This document shows positions 26,924-31,500 of a stretch of DNA of 31,500 nucleotides, piece after piece. Both the position numbers and the translations under genes were made by a program. Every line of letters starts with the position of its first letter. Positions within the stretch are counted from its first letter, which is position 1. The DNA is taken from positions 1-31,500 of the forward strand of contig JBEULP010000059.1 in NCBI GenBank assembly GCA_041287245.1, in the 5' to 3' direction. This DNA comes from Infirmifilum sp. (GTDB lineage: Archaea; Thermoproteota; Thermoprotei; Thermofilales; Thermofilaceae). Below the pieces are notes generated by a model. That model was not told the origin of the DNA and made no database searches. It saw only the letters and a list, made by a program, of their open reading frames with translations.

Positions 26924-28754
26924 GCCCCTCCACCGACTTTACGATCCAGTCGAGCATCGAGTGTAGAGCCTCTTCAAACGCCGTGTACAGCGCCTTAGCC
27001 AGGTCGTAGGATAGGAAGAGGAGTATCGCGAGGAGCGCGAGGGAGGTGACCTTGTAGAGCGCGTCTCCAATGCCCGAGATGTCCCTGAGCGTTGGGGTCG
27101 CGACGACGAGGGCCAGCGCAGTCGCAGCCAGGTAGAGCGCGTCCAGCCCTATCCGCTTCGCCAGACTCTCCGTGGTCCCCAGGGCCTTCGCCATCCGTGC
27201 AGAGGCGGCGTCCACCAGGGCCTTCAAGCCTATCAGGACGCGGTAGCCGTAGTACACGATGAAGAGAAGCATCAGGACACTTAGCGCGTCCCCAACCCTG
27301 AGCCTATACCAGTCCGTGGAGACCAAGACCGTGTCGCCGACGTAGTTTTTCACAAGGGAGAGGATCAGCAGAGCCGCCGCCAGTTTAACCCCGCTCGACG
27401 CCGCGACCTCAAGCCTTCTACGCAAGAATCCGCCGTAGGGGCGGACTCTTGGGAACGCTTCAGCGCTCAGCAGGGTGTATCGGGGGGAGCTCAGGGCGAG
27501 CGGTACTAGAAGGATTCCGGCTGCAACCCAATACGCGATGCCCAACGCTTCGAAACCTGCTGGCGCGGCGATCGAGGCTACCACGTACTTGAGGGTCGGG
27601 TCGGCCACCAGCCTGACAACCCTAGGCGGGGACCCGTTAAAGTCGCTGTAAGCGGACAAAGCAGAGCTTACCAGAACCGCGGAGGCCGCTGGGGGGACGG
27701 GGAAAGAGCCCAGAGCCTTGGCCGAGAGCATTAGGATCGCCGCGGCAAGCCCCGCCTCGGCAACAAGCTCGGCGGCGTAGCCCAGCCCAGTGAGGCTGCC
27801 GCGCGAAAAGGCGTTTAGGACGCCGAGCGCGTCTACTGCGAGCGCCAGGGCGTAGGCTAGGGGGGGTAGTGCCCAGGGGTTGAGTGACGCTAAAACCGCG
27901 GCTGAGAGAGATAAGGAGAGCGCGAAGAGGAAAGCCAGTACAGCTCCGGTGAGGCGGCGAGGGTGGCTTAGCCTCGCCGCGAGGTTGAAGGTGAGCGGCC
28001 TGACGAGCAGCTGGGTCGCAGCGCCTGTCGCCCTCCTGCCATAGTCTCGCAGCAGGATCCGCTTGTAGAGGCGCCTCGCCTTGACGAGGTCGCTGGGAGT
28101 ATCTATATCCTTCCAGATCAACCCTGTAATGTCCACCACGTCCACCTGTCCCTCGCGCGCAGCTAGGCTCAAAGCATCAGCTATCGCCGCGCCCGGGCCC
28201 TTCTCGGCAATTGCTCTCTCAACGTACTTCGCCGAGCCCTCCCCAAATAGTATGAGGCCGGTGTCGATCCCGTGGTTCGAGTCGATCGTCTTGCCCACGT
28301 CGACGACGCGGCCTCCCTCGATCCTCACCTTCAAGCCCTCCTGGAGCTCAGCACGGGAAGGCTCGCGGTCCAGGTAGAGGGTGAAGGCTTTCTCGACCTG
28401 CCCAGCCGGCAGGCGCGCGAGAATCTCGTACTCGAATATGTGGTCGGACATGGCGACGAGGAAAGGAGTCTTTACATGCCTAAGGGCTGTGTAGACACTG
28501 TAAAGGTTGCCGAATTCCTCCAGATCCACCGTCAGGACAACAGCGCTGCCCCCCACGGCGCTGCGGAAGTCTTTCTCGAACTCCTTCCGCGTGACGATGT
28601 ATATGGGCGAGTAGCCGGCACGCCTCAGCTGCCCCATCACGAAGCTCAAGATGGTAACCCCCGGCTCCAGCTCCATCAAGCTCTTGGGCCTCTGCTCAGA
28701 GTAGGGTCTAAGTCTGCTCGCCACGCCGCCCGCGACTATAACCGCCGGTATCAT
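26913..28754 (-). CDS. Nucleotidyltransferase (IPCT/LicC-like) fused to a large membrane region
   Basis: AVIVAGGVASRLRP...PKSL, FGNLYS, AMSDH, IDTG, WKDIDTPSDL; C-terminal 370 aa polytopic, including a degenerate CDP-alcohol-transferase-like segment. Confidence 0.85.
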   Translation of the reverse strand: MIPAVIVAGGVASRLRPYSEQRPKSLMELEPGVTILSFVMGQLRRAGYSPIYIVTRKEFEKDFRSAVGGSAVVLTVDLEEFGNLYSVYTALRHVKTPFLVAMSDHIFEYEILARLPAGQVEKAFTLYLDREPSRAELQEGLKVRIEGGRVVDVGKTIDSNHGIDTGLILFGEGSAKYVERAIAEKGPGAAIADALSLAAREGQVDVVDITGLIWKDIDTPSDLVKARRLYKRILLRDYGRRATGAATQLLVRPLTFNLAARLSHPRRLTGAVLAFLFALSLSLSAAVLASLNPWALPPLAYALALAVDALGVLNAFSRGSLTGLGYAAELVAEAGLAAAILMLSAKALGSFPVPPAASAVLVSSALSAYSDFNGSPPRVVRLVADPTLKYVVASIAAPAGFEALGIAYWVAAGILLVPLALSSPRYTLLSAEAFPRVRPYGGFLRRRLEVAASSGVKLAAALLILSLVKNYVGDTVLVSTDWYRLRVGDALSVLMLLFIVYYGYRVLIGLKALVDAASARMAKALGTTESLAKRIGLDALYLAATALALVVATPTLRDISGIGDALYKVTSLALLAILLFLSYDLAKALYTAFEEALHSMLDWIVKSVEGREG

Positions 28755-28782
28755 TAGTTTTTCAAGTACTGTACGCCTGTTT

Positions 28783-28795
28783 CTTTAATAAGCTT
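28783..28795 (-). promoter_or_regulatory. TATA box of the nucleotidyltransferase operon (probably leaderless)
   Basis: Minus strand AAGCTTATTAAAG about 30-40 nt upstream of ATG 28754. Confidence 0.45.
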
Positions 28796-29305
28796 TGTAC
28801 CGTACCTCCTCAGTATCGCTGTACCCCTTCAGTAAGGGCTGTGAGCTTCGGCGGCCCATTAGTGCAGTTTTCACGACGGTAGCCCGCGCTGGGCCTTACG
28901 TCCCCCAAAAGGCCAGGAACAGCCCCCGAGGAAATAAGACCAGCCCTTAGTTCTGGCGCTCCTTAATATCCTCACGCCTCAACGTCGCTGCAGACCCCGA
29001 GTAGCAAGTGTGACTGCGCTGAAGTTTGGGAGTATATCTATGCGCACCTGATAACCATGAGCGGGCAGACAATACTAGTAAGGAGAAATCGCAGGTTCTC
29101 TAGGCCTTCCACTAGATCCCACTCCTCCAAGCGGTTGTTTTTCTCACCTGAGATACCATCGTTTTATTAAAGGAACACGTTACGGGGAACCGTGCAGTGC
29201 TGAGCGACGAACGCTACTATATGGGTGCTTTGAGCGGCCAGCCTACTAGCTATTTTTCGGGTGATTAGAGGGGCTCGTCCCGTTTGTGGCAGTCTTGGGT
29301 ATTAG

Positions 29306-29343
29306 AATAAAAAATAAGGAAAAGTAAATAAAAAATAAAAAAA
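29306..29343 (-). terminator. Oligo-T archaeal terminator
   Basis: Long A-tracts on + strand (T-tracts on minus) immediately after stop of 29344..30453. Confidence 0.65.
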
Positions 29344-30453
29344 TTATTTGCCTTTGCCTATTTCTTGTTTGCCTTGTGACCCTTTTTGCTCGCCCTTACG
29401 CTCTCCCCCTTTACTTTCTGATACCTCTTTTTCTACCTCGGGTGGTAGGGGCTTTGTTGGGATGGTGGTTGACTTGTTTGACTCTTCGATCTTCTTTTCG
29501 AGCCCGTGTTTTTCCTTGATCTTTTCCTTTAGGAGCTTCAGTGTATGGTTGTTGTTTTGGGTCATGTTTCGTTCTTCGTTTTCAAACTCCTCTAGTTCGG
29601 CGGCGGTCTCGTTTATCCCTGTGCGTGTGCGGTTGCGGGTTTCCTTAAACTTCGGTAGGGTGTGGTTGAGTAGGGTCTGGTTTAGGAATGCGGTGTCGTT
29701 CTTTTTAAGTAGGCCGAGCTTCATTGCCTTTACTATTGTGAGGTGTAGGGATTGCCTATTGAGCTCGGCGTTTACTAGTCCTAGTATCTTTTTGACGACT
29801 GCGAGGTTCTTGGCTAGTGCTGAAACAGTTAGGTTCCCGGTTGCTAGCTGATCCTTTGTCGTAGCGAGGATGCTCTTGGCGTAGGAGAGTAGTTGGAACA
29901 CTAGTGTCAGGTTGTATTGGCTCTGGTTTATCTTTGAGAGAGAGGCTTCGAGAGCGCTTATCCTAGCCTCTAACACCTGGAGCTGAAGTAGCAGGGCCGT
30001 CCTGTTGATAGCGTTTGATGCGTTGACGCCGTATATGTGTTCTGTCTCGTTGAGGTGCTCCTCAACGCCTTCTCGCTCCTCGAAGGCTACTCCGGCTGCA
30101 TCTGCAACCTCTTCTATCAGCTCGATGGCTTCGTCATAGGTGTTTATCGCATAGATAGCGTACGTCTTGGCCCCGGTGAGGTTCCCCGAGCTGTAGAGCT
30201 GTACGCTCATGTTGAGGAAAGTGTCCGCAGAGGCTAGGAGGCTCTCAATCAGGGTTATGTTCGCAGAGTAGAGGGTGGTGTTTATCTTCGAAGTCAGGGT
30301 AGTGTACTTTTCGTACGCTATCCCCCTGAGCCTCTGAGCGTTGTTGATCAACACCTGTACAGAGTTGTCCTGGGCGGCGCTCACGTTGACGTTGAACACT
30401 AGCGTCGAGGCCAGCAGCATTGCCACCAGCACTATTGTCAGGATCCTGTTCAT
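29344..30453 (-). CDS. Secreted helical/coiled-coil protein rich in N-glycosylation sequons
   Basis: Signal peptide MNRILTIVLVAMLLASTLV..SAA, about 19 N-x-S/T sites, charged K/E/G tail. Confidence 0.8.
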   Translation of the reverse strand: MNRILTIVLVAMLLASTLVFNVNVSAAQDNSVQVLINNAQRLRGIAYEKYTTLTSKINTTLYSANITLIESLLASADTFLNMSVQLYSSGNLTGAKTYAIYAINTYDEAIELIEEVADAAGVAFEEREGVEEHLNETEHIYGVNASNAINRTALLLQLQVLEARISALEASLSKINQSQYNLTLVFQLLSYAKSILATTKDQLATGNLTVSALAKNLAVVKKILGLVNAELNRQSLHLTIVKAMKLGLLKKNDTAFLNQTLLNHTLPKFKETRNRTRTGINETAAELEEFENEERNMTQNNNHTLKLLKEKIKEKHGLEKKIEESNKSTTIPTKPLPPEVEKEVSESKGGERKGEQKGSQGKQEIGKGK

Positions 30454-30583
30454 GCCTGATCACTACTTGTAACGTAAAGGGGGTTATTTAGGAAAGCTGT
30501 GTAAAAACGCGAGAAAAGTACTTTCCACCGTGAGAAAAACAACAATACTTTTATCTTTCAGCGCGGCTTGACCCTCATGCCCC

Positions 30584-31500
30584 ATGAGGATCAGGAAGGT
30601 TGAAAGCGAAGTAGCGAGAACCCTCGAGGTGGAGCTCTCCGACGACGAGGAAGCCGTCATTATCTCCGACACACACCTCGGGCTCAGATACAGGGGGCGT
30701 GAGCTCTCCCGGAGCGAGGAGCTGGCAGACTTCCTCGAGAACGTGAGCAGGGACTCCCGGGTCAAACTCCTCGTCCTGCTGGGGGACATCTTCGAATTCT
30801 GGAGCGCCGGGGTCGGCGACATCATCCGCAGCTCATACGACCCCATGAAGGTCCTCGCAGCCTCGGACAAGACAGTGGTGTACGTCGCCGGCAACCACGA
30901 CAGGATAGTCTCACACTTGCAGCTGGAGAGCAGGAGGGGGAGGGGGGACCTCTACGCCGTACCCGACTTCCTCATCCTGAAGGCTGGCGGCAAGAAGTAC
31001 CTCCTCCTCCACGGCCACCAGCTAGACACCCTCTTCACCCACGTCAAGGGCCTCTGGAAGCTGCAGAGCTACGTCTATATCCTAACCGAGCCCCTCTTCT
31101 CCCTCCCAGGCCCCTCCGAGTGGATACTCGCCGCTATAAGCACCCTAGTGCTCGCCTCCATCCTGGCCACGGTGAAAGCGTCCACCCTCAGCGAGGAAAT
31201 CATCCTCACCCTCGCAGCCCTCTTCCTCGCAACCCCCCTCCTACTCTTATCCTGGAGAAAGCTCCAAGACAGGCTCTGGTACGGCTTCATCCAAAGAATA
31301 GCCTACAGGATGTCCAAGAGCAGGCTCCGAGGCAAAAGCCTGGAAAATCTCTCGGTGAGCAAGCCGCTGAAACACCTCACCAGGATGCTCGAAACCCTAC
31401 CCGAGATAGGAAAGATCGACGGAGTCATAATAGGGCACACCCACGTCCCCGAGCTCATCGTCGAGAACAACCGGGTATACGCCAACCCCGGCGCATGGGT
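30584..31500 (+). CDS. Calcineurin-like metallophosphoesterase (LpxH-like) with membrane insertion; truncated by window end
   Basis: Translated by hand from ATG 30584: IISDTHLG, LLGDIFEFW, YVAGNHD, LLHGHQLD, IIGHTHVP, YANPGAW; open to 31500, so absent from the ORF track. Confidence 0.88.
   Translation, partial: MRIRKVESEVARTLEVELSDDEEAVIISDTHLGLRYRGRELSRSEELADFLENVSRDSRVKLLVLLGDIFEFWSAGVGDIIRSSYDPMKVLAASDKTVVYVAGNHDRIVSHLQLESRRGRGDLYAVPDFLILKAGGKKYLLLHGHQLDTLFTHVKGLWKLQSYVYILTEPLFSLPGPSEWILAAISTLVLASILATVKASTLSEEIILTLAALFLATPLLLLSWRKLQDRLWYGFIQRIAYRMSKSRLRGKSLENLSVSKPLKHLTRMLETLPEIGKIDGVIIGHTHVPELIVENNRVYANPGAW

Noticed and set aside
45..30463. Numerous other short ORFs nested in or antisense to called genes (e.g. 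45..401, 4751..5182, 9149..9628, 24655..25170, 28272..28757, 29348..29851)
   Set aside because: Overlap well-supported genes and are S/P/R-rich shadow translations without motifs
30484..31485. Minus-strand ORFs 30484..30894, 31075..31290, 31303..31485
   Set aside because: Antisense shadows of the + strand metallophosphoesterase

Overview
Archaeal chromosomal window, most consistent with a hyperthermophilic Thermoproteota genome (Thermofilum-like; inferred from gene content, TATA-type promoters and protein style). Left part: pyrimidine genes pyrC, pyrD, pyrG, an atypical ferredoxin, an unusually long (715 aa) transaldolase-fold protein with non-canonical catalytic residues, an orphan MalK-type ATPase and a HAD hydrolase. 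A minus-strand block follows (flavin reductase, MFS, LysO-like, HAD, DedA, thioredoxin). Centre: glycerol kinase, then a short GlpA-type flavoprotein in the place SdhA would normally take, ahead of SdhB/C/D-like genes. This is a candidate hybrid 'complex II-type' glycerol-3-phosphate:quinone oxidoreductase, preceded by a perfect 21-bp palindrome. Then trmO, and a feoA-feoA-feoB-membrane protein-DtxR locus bracketed by two coiled-coil, degenerate PD-(D/E)XK-like paralogs. Right part: a GC-richer envelope/lipid block with two tandem nucleotidyltransferase/CDP-alcohol phosphotransferase fusions that have reciprocally degenerate domains, a secreted protein with about 19 N-glycosylation sequons, and a truncated metallophosphoesterase with a transmembrane insertion (absent from the ORF track). 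No rRNA, canonical tRNA, CRISPR array or intact transposase seen. All calls come from motif reading, not database searches.
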